From contig JAHHIM010000017.1 of assembly GCA_019358915.1 (NCBI GenBank), forward strand, positions 24,107-88,106: 64,000 nucleotides of DNA, read 5' to 3'. Below the pieces are notes generated by a model that did not search any database, was not told the origin of the DNA, and worked only from the letters and a program-made list of their open reading frames with translations. Positions 40,271-48,246 of the stretch are shown here, piece after piece. Every line of letters begins with the position of its first letter. The stretch's first letter is position 1. Made by a program: the position numbers and the translations under genes. Source of the stretch: Trichormus sp. ATA11-4-KO1. GTDB taxonomy: Bacteria; Cyanobacteriota; Cyanobacteriia; Cyanobacteriales; Nostocaceae.

Positions 40271-42399
40271 TGACTAGCTGCAATGAAATTATGGCTGAAA
40301 TATCTGCCTTAAGAGCAGACATTTCAGTACTTGATAATAAGTATATTTTAAAATCTGAAAAGCAAGGAATTATTCAGCAATCCATAGCTGGTGCTGAAGC
40401 TTTAATAATTCCAGCAGTGGGAAGCTTAATTTTTTCTCAATTAGCTCCCGTTAAAGCAGCTATATCAGGCATAGAATCAGGACTAGCAGGTCTAGCCGCT
40501 AAAATTGCTAATGTTTCATCTGTTGCCACTGGCGCAGCTACAAAAGCAGGAACGGCATTATCCACTGCTACAAGTGCAGCTAACACAGCAGGATCAGCAT
40601 TAGCAAGAGTAGCTAGTTTGGCAGCAGCACTCGCAGCATTAGCCGCAAGCGTAGCTACTCTTCTGGTTCTAGGAAGTAGGATAGACGCACTAGAAAACTA
40701 CATTGATAGCGTTGCTAATAGTGCCTCTAAGGCGTTATCTGTGGCAGGTCAAGCGCTCGGTGTAGGTAGAGAAGCATCAGGTAAAGCTGATAGAGCATTA
40801 GATAGGGCCAATACGGCTGATAGTACGGCTAATCGGGCATTTGCCAAAGCAAACACAGCTGAACAAGTAGCAGCAGATGCACGAGCGATCGCGAACAATT
40901 CCATATCTAAAGCCAATACAGCAATCAACAAGGCGACTGACGCTGAAAACATTGCCAGACAAGCCTACGACGGCGCAAGGCAAGCCACAACCACGGCCAA
41001 TAATGCACAAGATACGGCTAACAACGCTCTTGGTACAGCTGAAAGAGCAATAGGTGCAGCTAATACAGCAAATCAAAAAGCTGAAACAGCAAACAGGACA
41101 GCGACGGATGCATTGTCTGCTGCTAGAAACGCTACGACCATTGGCAATAATGCACTCAGTAAAGCTAATAGCGCACAGGCGACGGCTAACCAGGCGTTAG
41201 CAACTGCAAGAAGTATCCCAGCAGGTAAACAAGGGGAAAGGGGTTTGCAAGGTATTCAGGGTAAACAGGGTGAGCGTGGTTTACCTGGTAGGGTCGGTAG
41301 CCCTGGCAAGGACGGGGTAAATGGTAAAGATGGCAAGAATGGAGAAGATGCCAAGGTGGATAATGCAACAAAAGCCTTAATCAAACAGATAGCTGCTAAT
41401 GCTGCTTTTATTCCGGCACTGGTAGCAAGACCAGCAGCGCTAAACTTTTCTCAGACTGTAACAGCAGCAGCTACAGGTACTTGTCAAACTACAAAACCTG
41501 GCGGTTGCATGAATAACATGGCTAACAATATAGCCAACAATACTAATAACAAATTACAGCAAGGATTTGGGAATCTTTCAAATTTATTAAATGGATTGGG
41601 TATAGGGAAATTAATTCAAGATGTGGCCACAATTAACACTAAATTGGGAGTACAAATTGCTGGAGGAATTAGCGGAAAGCTTAATGGCATGGCTCAATGG
41701 TTGCAGCTTGACCGCGTTTTAAATACACTAACTTTCGCCGCAACAGTACATAATGGTGTTCAACTAACAGGTCAAATTGGTGAAAGTTTAGGACAATCAA
41801 TAAGTAATGTATTGCAATTGATAGGGATTAAAGATGACAATAATCAACCTATTAATGTTAGCCAAGTAATAGGAAATACAGTACAAGGCATTATTCAAGG
41901 TATAGTCGGCGCTGAAAATTACGCTACGCTTTCAACTAATTGGGCAAAGGCTAATAGAATTTATCAAGCTTCATCTAATGTATTGAATGCATTTCAAGGA
42001 CTGGCATCATCAATCCTGACCGGATTGGAGATGACAGCTGGTAAAGTCGCAAAAATCGGCAATGCACTAAGACAAGCCGGGGAAGTTTTGGACAGTGCCT
42101 ACACGTGGATGAACCCACAACCGAAATTTAATCGCATTACACAAACCTTAGAAAATCTACAAAACGGTGCTTCAACTATTCAGATGATCACGCAAGCACC
42201 ATTAGACGTGATCAACGCCACGACTGAATTAACTAACGCCACAACTGAACTGACGAACGCCATTAAGCAAGATGAAAACCCAGCGAATAAAGGAACTGAA
42301 GCACCAGAACCCGACAAATTAAAAGCCGATAAAGCGGCTGAAAAACTTGCCAGCGCTGGCAAAGAAATTGTTGATACAGATTTAGACCCGGATGATTAA
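40270..42399 (+). CDS. Fibre/spike-like protein: hydrophobic segment, Ala-rich coiled coil, collagen (Gly-X-Y)14
   Basis: LAAALAALAASVATLLVLG; long A..A heptad region; GKQGERGLQGIQGKQGERGLPGRVGSPGKDGVNGKDGKNGED. Confidence 0.8.
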   Translation: MTSCNEIMAEISALRADISVLDNKYILKSEKQGIIQQSIAGAEALIIPAVGSLIFSQLAPVKAAISGIESGLAGLAAKIANVSSVATGAATKAGTALSTATSAANTAGSALARVASLAAALAALAASVATLLVLGSRIDALENYIDSVANSASKALSVAGQALGVGREASGKADRALDRANTADSTANRAFAKANTAEQVAADARAIANNSISKANTAINKATDAENIARQAYDGARQATTTANNAQDTANNALGTAERAIGAANTANQKAETANRTATDALSAARNATTIGNNALSKANSAQATANQALATARSIPAGKQGERGLQGIQGKQGERGLPGRVGSPGKDGVNGKDGKNGEDAKVDNATKALIKQIAANAAFIPALVARPAALNFSQTVTAAATGTCQTTKPGGCMNNMANNIANNTNNKLQQGFGNLSNLLNGLGIGKLIQDVATINTKLGVQIAGGISGKLNGMAQWLQLDRVLNTLTFAATVHNGVQLTGQIGESLGQSISNVLQLIGIKDDNNQPINVSQVIGNTVQGIIQGIVGAENYATLSTNWAKANRIYQASSNVLNAFQGLASSILTGLEMTAGKVAKIGNALRQAGEVLDSAYTWMNPQPKFNRITQTLENLQNGASTIQMITQAPLDVINATTELTNATTELTNAIKQDENPANKGTEAPEPDKLKADKAAEKLASAGKEIVDTDLDPDD

Positions 42400-42401
42400 A
42401 A

Positions 42402-43226
42402 ATGCCACTGCCAGATAACTTCAATGAATGGGAACATTTACAAGATACGGTGAGACTTTGGCACAATAAAGCCGTTGCTAATTGGTTTAGGAATCAGGAA
42501 GTAAATGACATTTCTACGCCTAAAGCGGCTTTACGTCATGCCTGCACCATGAAGGATGCTGATACATCCACGATGATGATGATCCGGCTATGGCTTTTCG
42601 AGGTGACGGCTGGTCATGCCCAATCACTACAAGCTCCCATCTATGGCACACCAGTACAAGACATACAAAGAAACACTAAATTTAAACCACAAATTAAACT
42701 TTATTTCCGAGAGAAACTAGGGACTGATGTCACAAATCGAGTTTCACCAGCCACAGGCGAAATTACTTTTAGATTAGTCAATGAATCATCTTCTACTATT
42801 TCCAGGGCTAAAGCCGAGGCATTAGCACGAGATATTAAGCGCGAATTTGCTAACCCCATATTCGTTTGGGAAAAGGGCTGGTACAAATACACCTATCTTG
42901 ATTTGGAGCGGGGTTATGATTTGCGCCTACTGGTCAAATCCAAAGCCGAGGGAATCAGAATTACAAGGCAGGTATTACAAATACAGGGTCATACTTTCAA
43001 TGATGATCTGGGTAACTATGTGGATCATGATCGCTCCTATTCCCTCAACCCAGGTACACATTTAGTTTACGGTCGCTCGGTGCAAAAATTTGTGGAGCGG
43101 CCGCGTGTGGACTTGCGTTTTCGATATGCTCGACTTCTGATTCACGGGAGAATCACAGTAGTTAATCTCGTGGCTACATCCGAATCAGGCTTGAAGTCAG
43201 TCATTGAGCGAGTTAACAGCATTTGA
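42402..43226 (+). CDS. Hypothetical protein (274 aa) of the virion-like module
   Basis: Long ORF 2 nt after the fibre gene; no recognisable motif. Confidence 0.7.
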   Translation: MPLPDNFNEWEHLQDTVRLWHNKAVANWFRNQEVNDISTPKAALRHACTMKDADTSTMMMIRLWLFEVTAGHAQSLQAPIYGTPVQDIQRNTKFKPQIKLYFREKLGTDVTNRVSPATGEITFRLVNESSSTISRAKAEALARDIKREFANPIFVWEKGWYKYTYLDLERGYDLRLLVKSKAEGIRITRQVLQIQGHTFNDDLGNYVDHDRSYSLNPGTHLVYGRSVQKFVERPRVDLRFRYARLLIHGRITVVNLVATSESGLKSVIERVNSI

Positions 43227-43315
43227 ATTATGCTCAGACTAGTTAACTTCTCTACGTAGCAATTATTACTATGTCTCAGTGCTAGAACCGAATTAGTAAT
43301 ATTAGAGACTTCGGT

Positions 43316-43894
43316 ATGGGAAGACGTTTTAACAATTTAGATGCAGCCTTAAAATATCTCCGCGCTCCTGGAGCGACTGCTGACGACTTAGCACCCGATG
43401 CACCGGCGGGGTCTCAGTTGAAAAAATACCAGGACTTTAAGGCTGGTAAGGTGAATATAGATTATCCCAGAGCGGCCAGTTCCCTCCCAGGAAGTTTAGA
43501 CGACGTGGCGCTAAAACCTTTTGCGCTACCATCGGCTGACACTACTGAATATATAGTCGGTGTCTCTACAAGGTCAAAAGGTAACTTAGGAACAGTAGGA
43601 CTGTCGTTAACCACCTTGAACCTCAGCGATACCTTGACTAATGCCGCCAGAGTTATCGGCTTTACTCCAGCTAGGGCAGTTGTTTCTGATATCACTGGGA
43701 CAACCGCTAGCACCAAAACTTCTAAGCTCACGGGCAGACCCTATAAAAGCAAGACGACAGTCACCTATACTTTCCCCTTTGGCTCCAAAGCGACTAATGG
43801 TACTTATTCAGAGGTGAAAGCCGATATTATCGCTGGTGTTGATGCTTCTGCTGGAACCAAAAGTGTCAGTTTCAAGCCGGAAATATTCCGATGA
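43316..43894 (+). CDS. Hypothetical protein (192 aa), candidate structural/coat protein
   Basis: Thr/Ser/Ala/Gly-rich and apparently beta-rich; ends SVSFKPEIFR. Confidence 0.7.
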   Translation: MGRRFNNLDAALKYLRAPGATADDLAPDAPAGSQLKKYQDFKAGKVNIDYPRAASSLPGSLDDVALKPFALPSADTTEYIVGVSTRSKGNLGTVGLSLTTLNLSDTLTNAARVIGFTPARAVVSDITGTTASTKTSKLTGRPYKSKTTVTYTFPFGSKATNGTYSEVKADIIAGVDASAGTKSVSFKPEIFR

Positions 43895-44124
43895 TTGCAC
43901 AGCTTTTAGGCACTGAAATTATTACCACTCAGGGAATGAGTCATGATGAAGCCTTACACCTGATCCAACAGCCTGAATGTGCGGATCTTGCTCTTACCCG
44001 TTTTCTGGAGGGGGCTATCAGTTTCTCTGATTACTGCGACATCTTGGAACTGTGCGAGGTAGGAATGGATGGCTATCTAACTAATCTTGAGGAAAATTTG
44101 ACCGCAGTAGGGATAACTGTCTAA
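43891..44124 (+). CDS. Small acidic hypothetical protein
   Basis: 77 aa; ATGA and TAATG overlaps with neighbours. Confidence 0.6.
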   Translation: MIAQLLGTEIITTQGMSHDEALHLIQQPECADLALTRFLEGAISFSDYCDILELCEVGMDGYLTNLEENLTAVGITV

Positions 44125-44600
44125 TGGGTCAGCCAGTTCTAGAATTACTCAACCAAAATAACTGGGTGCAAATTTACGATGAGGCTAGAACGGCTCAAAT
44201 TGCCAGTGATGCAGGGGGCTACTATCCTATTCCCGCTTTTGAAATTCCCTTCCAGTTGGATAAACGCATCTTGGCGGCTAGGTGTATCAGCACAACTGCT
44301 AGGGTTACTTGGCGTTGGGCTGGAAATTTGATTCAAAAAATTTCACCTCCCATTGCTGGCATTAATTCCCCTTTGGTTGAGGCTGGTAGCTATTCCATGA
44401 AAATCAATAGGACTCGGTTAGTAATTTTTAAAAACTATACCAATACTTACCAACTCACTCTTGAAGGTGCTTACTGGTTGAAGGATTTGCGTCTTACTCT
44501 CTGGGAATATCAAGGTGTTGATGGGGATTCTACGGAATCATTGATTACCGACTTAGGAAGTGATTTGGCTCGAATTGAATTAAAAATTGATGGTCTTTAG
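44124..44600 (+). CDS. Hypothetical beta-rich protein with C-terminal heptad
   Basis: 158 aa; ends LARIELKIDGL; coupled. Confidence 0.65.
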   Translation: MGQPVLELLNQNNWVQIYDEARTAQIASDAGGYYPIPAFEIPFQLDKRILAARCISTTARVTWRWAGNLIQKISPPIAGINSPLVEAGSYSMKINRTRLVIFKNYTNTYQLTLEGAYWLKDLRLTLWEYQGVDGDSTESLITDLGSDLARIELKIDGL

Positions 44601-44897
44601 ATGACAGTCGATATTAAGGATGGTTTACAAATAATCTTGGCATTGGCGGCTGTAATTACTTTGGTATTTCGCCTTGCACAACTGGAGGCGAATATCCAGA
44701 ATCGAATTACTGAAGTTGACAATAGGATGAAGCTTGCCTTGAGTGAATACAAAGGGCATAAGGAAATGGTTGATTATCAGTTACATGGACTGAATGAAAA
44801 AATTGACCATAAGTTCAAAAGGCTTCACGATGCACAAAAAGAAATTCAAGATTTTTTAGCTAAAACTACAAGTTTTATTAAACGGGAAGGATCATGA
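44601..44897 (+). CDS. Single-TM coiled-coil protein (holin/XhlA-like architecture)
   Basis: TM LQIILALAAVITLVFRL followed by heptads. Confidence 0.6.
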   Translation: MTVDIKDGLQIILALAAVITLVFRLAQLEANIQNRITEVDNRMKLALSEYKGHKEMVDYQLHGLNEKIDHKFKRLHDAQKEIQDFLAKTTSFIKREGS

Positions 44898-45085
44898 ATC
44901 AACAAACTTTAGACCGTATTACTACTATTTTGGGCTTAATCGCCGGCGGTTCTGCCCTTTTGGGTGGCTCTGGGGTGATTGGTGAGCCGTTGGCAGGTGC
45001 TATTGGTGGCGTGGCCGCGGCGCTGCTTGGCTACTTCGTGCAGCGTCCAAGCCGCACCGAAATTAAATCTGGGGATTCACTCTAG
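44894..45085 (+). CDS. Small Gly-rich 2-TM protein (holin-like)
   Basis: 63 aa, two hydrophobic Gly/Ala-rich helices; ATGA overlap. Confidence 0.6.
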   Translation: MNQQTLDRITTILGLIAGGSALLGGSGVIGEPLAGAIGGVAAALLGYFVQRPSRTEIKSGDSL

Positions 45086-45114
45086 TAATTTATAAAATTT
45101 GCATCGTAGCAACT

Positions 45115-45155
45115 TCCCCTATAATGCCTTGTACAAGGCAATAGGGGATTTTTTT
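45115..45155 (+). terminator. Intrinsic terminator/palindromic operator ending the rightward module
   Basis: TCCCCTAT...ATAGGGGA stem enclosing the perfect palindrome TGCCTTGTACAAGGCA, followed by T7. Confidence 0.75.
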
Positions 45156-45482
45156 ATGAGAGGCGGCGGAAGGACAGCGACGACATGGACGGGTAGCGCT
45201 TGGCGACACAAAGAAACTAAGGCGATACGCATTCCCGCAGTATTTGCGGATGAAATCATGGCTTATGCCAAAGCACTAGATAACGGGAACAGCCATGTAC
45301 AAGGCAATACACGCGATGAGATATTAAAGGCGATCGCGGCTTACATTGAATTCAAAAAAGCCAGCCGTCATCCCAACCAGTACGGAAAGGAACTCGACAC
45401 CAACACTAGAGCTTGGGATGAACTCAGGAAGTTTCAAAAGCTGGTGCAGGAGCGTCCCGAAATTTTGGGACTACCTGAGTAG
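45156..45482 (+). CDS. Small putative DNA-binding protein (108 aa)
   Basis: WRHKETKAIRIPAVFADEIMAYAKALD resembles RHH-like proteins of cyanobacterial mobile elements; ATG 45156. Confidence 0.6.
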   Translation: MRGGGRTATTWTGSAWRHKETKAIRIPAVFADEIMAYAKALDNGNSHVQGNTRDEILKAIAAYIEFKKASRHPNQYGKELDTNTRAWDELRKFQKLVQERPEILGLPE

Positions 45483-45612
45483 AATTTGAGTAGCGCGATC
45501 GCGTGGTGCGATCGCGAAACGCTGGGACAAAACTAGCAGTTTTGAGTAGCGCTTAAGTAGCAAAAGTCTATATAGAAGCTGAAATTATTGATTTGACGTT
45601 GCTTTTGCATAT

Positions 45613-45713
45613 TTAATAGTAAAATTCACGATTTACCTCTAGCACTACATTTCAACTATTCTATGAGTAGCATTTGAGTAGCAAAATTAAAAATCAGGAC
45701 ATTCTGCATCAAC
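45613..45713. repeat. Right att direct repeat (101 bp)
   Basis: Identical to 31110-31210. Confidence 0.95.
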
Positions 45714-45883
45714 GTAGCTTGGTTCTTGATTTAGGGGCACAGGTAATTCCAATTGATGGAAAAACACTTAAGGGTTTTTATGACCGTAACCAAGAACAAT
45801 CAGCATTACATGTGGTAAGCGCATGGGCTAGTAAACATCGGTTATTTTTAGGTCAATTGAAAATCAACTTCATTGGGTTTTAG
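45714..45883 (+). pseudogene. ISAs1-family transposase fragment
   Basis: VIPIDGKTLKG.YDR....SALHVVSAWAS..RLFLGQ, an internal ISAs1 motif; no ends visible. Confidence 0.8.
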
Positions 45884-45914
45884 ATGTCACCTTTAAGGTG
45901 TTTTACAAAATTTT

Positions 45915-46727
45915 ATGGATGCTTCCGAGTTATTAGAAACAATCACACTCCTCATTGACCAGGCTGAGCAAGGAGAAATAGATCCTTGGGATGTCCAGGT
46001 AATTGAGGTGATTGACCGTTACCTAGAACTAATGGTACCAGAGGCAACAGCCAGAGGCTATGAAGCTGATTTGTCTCAATCTGGACAGGCTTTTTTGTCA
46101 GCATCGATGCTAGTGTTATTCAAAGCGAACACTTTGATGCAATTATCTTCAGGAGAAAATGCACAGGCAGATGTAGCAGATGATGCCATGCCAGAAAGTG
46201 AAGATGGGTTATTACATCCATCTCATCGTCTGCAATTAGAGCGCCACTTGCGTCGCCGTCCATCAGCAATGCCACCGCCAAAGCGCCGCGTCACCCTGCA
46301 AGAATTGATTGAGCAATTGCAGCTCATGGCGAACCAGCTAAAACTGGTGCAAAAAGTCAGCAAACCTGTCCGCCCCAAGCGTCAGTCTCATGCCCAAAAT
46401 ATGCGGGAGGCGCTAGAGTTAGCTCACCAAGAAAATTTGACGGAAGTAGCTGGAGAGTTAGAGCAAGTGTTGCATCGTTCAGCCAGAGAGTTACTTCTAG
46501 AACAAAATTTTTTAAATCTAGAACAACTTGTACAGTTGTGGACTCAAACAAAGCAACCACATCAAAATGGTTCTACGCATGAATCAGAACACAGCCACAT
46601 AGTTAGTGTCTTTTGGGCGCTACTACTGCTCTCGGCTCAATCCAAAGTAGAACTATTACAAGACGAGTTTTACCAGGAGATTAAAATCCGGCTACTCACA
46701 GATTCAGTTAACACCTCCAACCCTTGA
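45915..46727 (+). CDS. scpA: Segregation/condensation protein A
   Basis: IDPWDVQVIEVIDRYL, RRVTLQELIEQL, VFWALLLLSAQSKVEL.Q.EFY. Confidence 0.92.
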   Translation: MDASELLETITLLIDQAEQGEIDPWDVQVIEVIDRYLELMVPEATARGYEADLSQSGQAFLSASMLVLFKANTLMQLSSGENAQADVADDAMPESEDGLLHPSHRLQLERHLRRRPSAMPPPKRRVTLQELIEQLQLMANQLKLVQKVSKPVRPKRQSHAQNMREALELAHQENLTEVAGELEQVLHRSARELLLEQNFLNLEQLVQLWTQTKQPHQNGSTHESEHSHIVSVFWALLLLSAQSKVELLQDEFYQEIKIRLLTDSVNTSNP

Positions 46728-47018
46728 GAGCAACCGATGAACTGAGGCAGTCTAAAATATTAACATAGCTAACTTACAGGCTTTTAGGGAGTTTCAATTA
46801 AATAAATATTCAAATAGTATCGTCTGTTACACTGTTTTGCCTAACTACTTAGTCCCTCAGCACTACTGAACGATTGCTGTTCATACCTAATAGGTTGCAA
46901 TAACCAGCAAATTCCTGTTATCCCTGTTTTTAGGAGTTACTTAGAGCAGAAATAAAAACTGATGATTAAGTATCACTCGATAAAAGTAAACTGGCTTGTG
47001 GTTGAGGAATAAAATTTT

Positions 47019-48188
47019 ATGAAAGCGATGATTCTTGCAGCAGGTAAGGGTACTCGTGTGCGTCCCATTACCTATACAATTCCCAAACCGATGATTCCCA
47101 TCCTGCAAAAGCCAGTGATGGAATTTCTCCTCGAACTTTTACGTCAACATGGATTTGACCAGATTATGGTCAACGTTAGTCATTTAGCTGAAGAAATTGA
47201 AAATTATTTCCGTGATGGTCAACGGTTTGGTGTAGAAATTGCCTATTCTTTTGAAGGGAAAATTGACGACGACGGCAAACTGGTGGGAGAAGCAATTGGT
47301 TCGGCTGGAGGGATGCGGCGCATCCAAGACTTTTCACCGTTTTTTGACGACACCTTTGTGGTGTTGTGTGGTGATGCCTTAATTGACTTAGATTTATCTG
47401 CGGCTGTGAAGTGGCATAAATCCAAAGGGTCAATTGCTACGATCATTACCAAGTCTGTCCCACTAGAAGAAGTTTCTAGTTACGGTGTAGTCGTTACTGA
47501 TGAAGATAGTCGAGTAAAAGCATTCCAAGAAAAACCTTCAACCGAAGAAGCTATCAGCACCAACATCAACACAGGTATTTACATTTTTGAACCAGAAGTG
47601 TTTAAGTACATACCTTCTGGAGTTGAATATGACATTGGTAGCCAGCTGTTTCCCAAACTAGTGGAAGTTGGTGCGCCCTTCTACGCCATTGCAATGGACT
47701 TTGAATGGGTAGATATTGGAAAAGTTCCAGATTACTGGCGAGCCATTCGTGGTGTACTACTAGGCGAAATCAAAAACGTACAAATTCCTGGTAATGAAGT
47801 CGCTCCTGGGATTTACACTGGCTTAAATGTTGCTGTGAATTGGGACAAGGTGGATATTACCGGCCCAGTTTACATTGGTGGCATGACCAGAATAGAAGAC
47901 GGAGCTAAAATCGTTGGACCAGCCATGATTGGCCCGAATTGCTGGATATGCAGTGGAGCCACAGTAGAAAACAGTGTCATTTTTGAATGGTCACGATTGG
48001 CTCCTGGAGTACGACTAGTTGATAAGTTAGTATTTGGGCGCTACTGTGTGGATAAGACAGGTGCAGCAATAGATGTACAGGCTGCTGCTTTAGACTGGCT
48101 GATTACTGATGCCCGGCAAACGCCACCATCCCAAGCCCCTCTGGAACGGCAAGCAATTGAAGAATTGTTGGGGACGAATGCAATTTAG
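47019..48188 (+). CDS. cugP: Cyanobacterial UDP-glucose pyrophosphorylase (mannose-1-P guanylyltransferase-like)
   Basis: MKAMILAAGKGTRVRPIT..IPKPMIPILQKPVMEFL; NTP-transferase plus left-handed beta-helix. Confidence 0.85.
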   Translation: MKAMILAAGKGTRVRPITYTIPKPMIPILQKPVMEFLLELLRQHGFDQIMVNVSHLAEEIENYFRDGQRFGVEIAYSFEGKIDDDGKLVGEAIGSAGGMRRIQDFSPFFDDTFVVLCGDALIDLDLSAAVKWHKSKGSIATIITKSVPLEEVSSYGVVVTDEDSRVKAFQEKPSTEEAISTNINTGIYIFEPEVFKYIPSGVEYDIGSQLFPKLVEVGAPFYAIAMDFEWVDIGKVPDYWRAIRGVLLGEIKNVQIPGNEVAPGIYTGLNVAVNWDKVDITGPVYIGGMTRIEDGAKIVGPAMIGPNCWICSGATVENSVIFEWSRLAPGVRLVDKLVFGRYCVDKTGAAIDVQAAALDWLITDARQTPPSQAPLERQAIEELLGTNAI

Positions 48189-48246
48189 GGAATAGGGAAT
48201 GGGTTACAGGGTACAGGAGATAGATTTGTAACCTGTAACCTGTAAC

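Larger units (their letters stand above)
31110..45713. mobile_element. Integrated prophage-like/satellite-like element (14,503-bp unit)
   Basis: Exact 101-bp direct repeats at 31110-31210 and 45613-45713, terminal tyrosine integrase, primase-helicase, dense block of small hypothetical genes. Confidence 0.93.

Noticed and set aside
31184..45482. Conventional tailed prophage, inovirus or ICE
   Set aside because: No recognisable terminase, portal, HK97 capsid, Zot/pI ATPase, rolling-circle Rep, relaxase or T4SS genes. This is by eye only and needs HMM confirmation.
31110..45713. Heterocyst-type gene-interrupting excision element (nifD/hupL/fdxN-like)
   Set aside because: The target amidohydrolase ORF is already intact in the integrated state, so excision is not needed to restore it; the element also has replication and structural-like modules.
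45674..45883. 69-aa ORF as a real gene
   Set aside because: Chimeric frame that starts in the att repeat and runs into an internal ISAs1 fragment.
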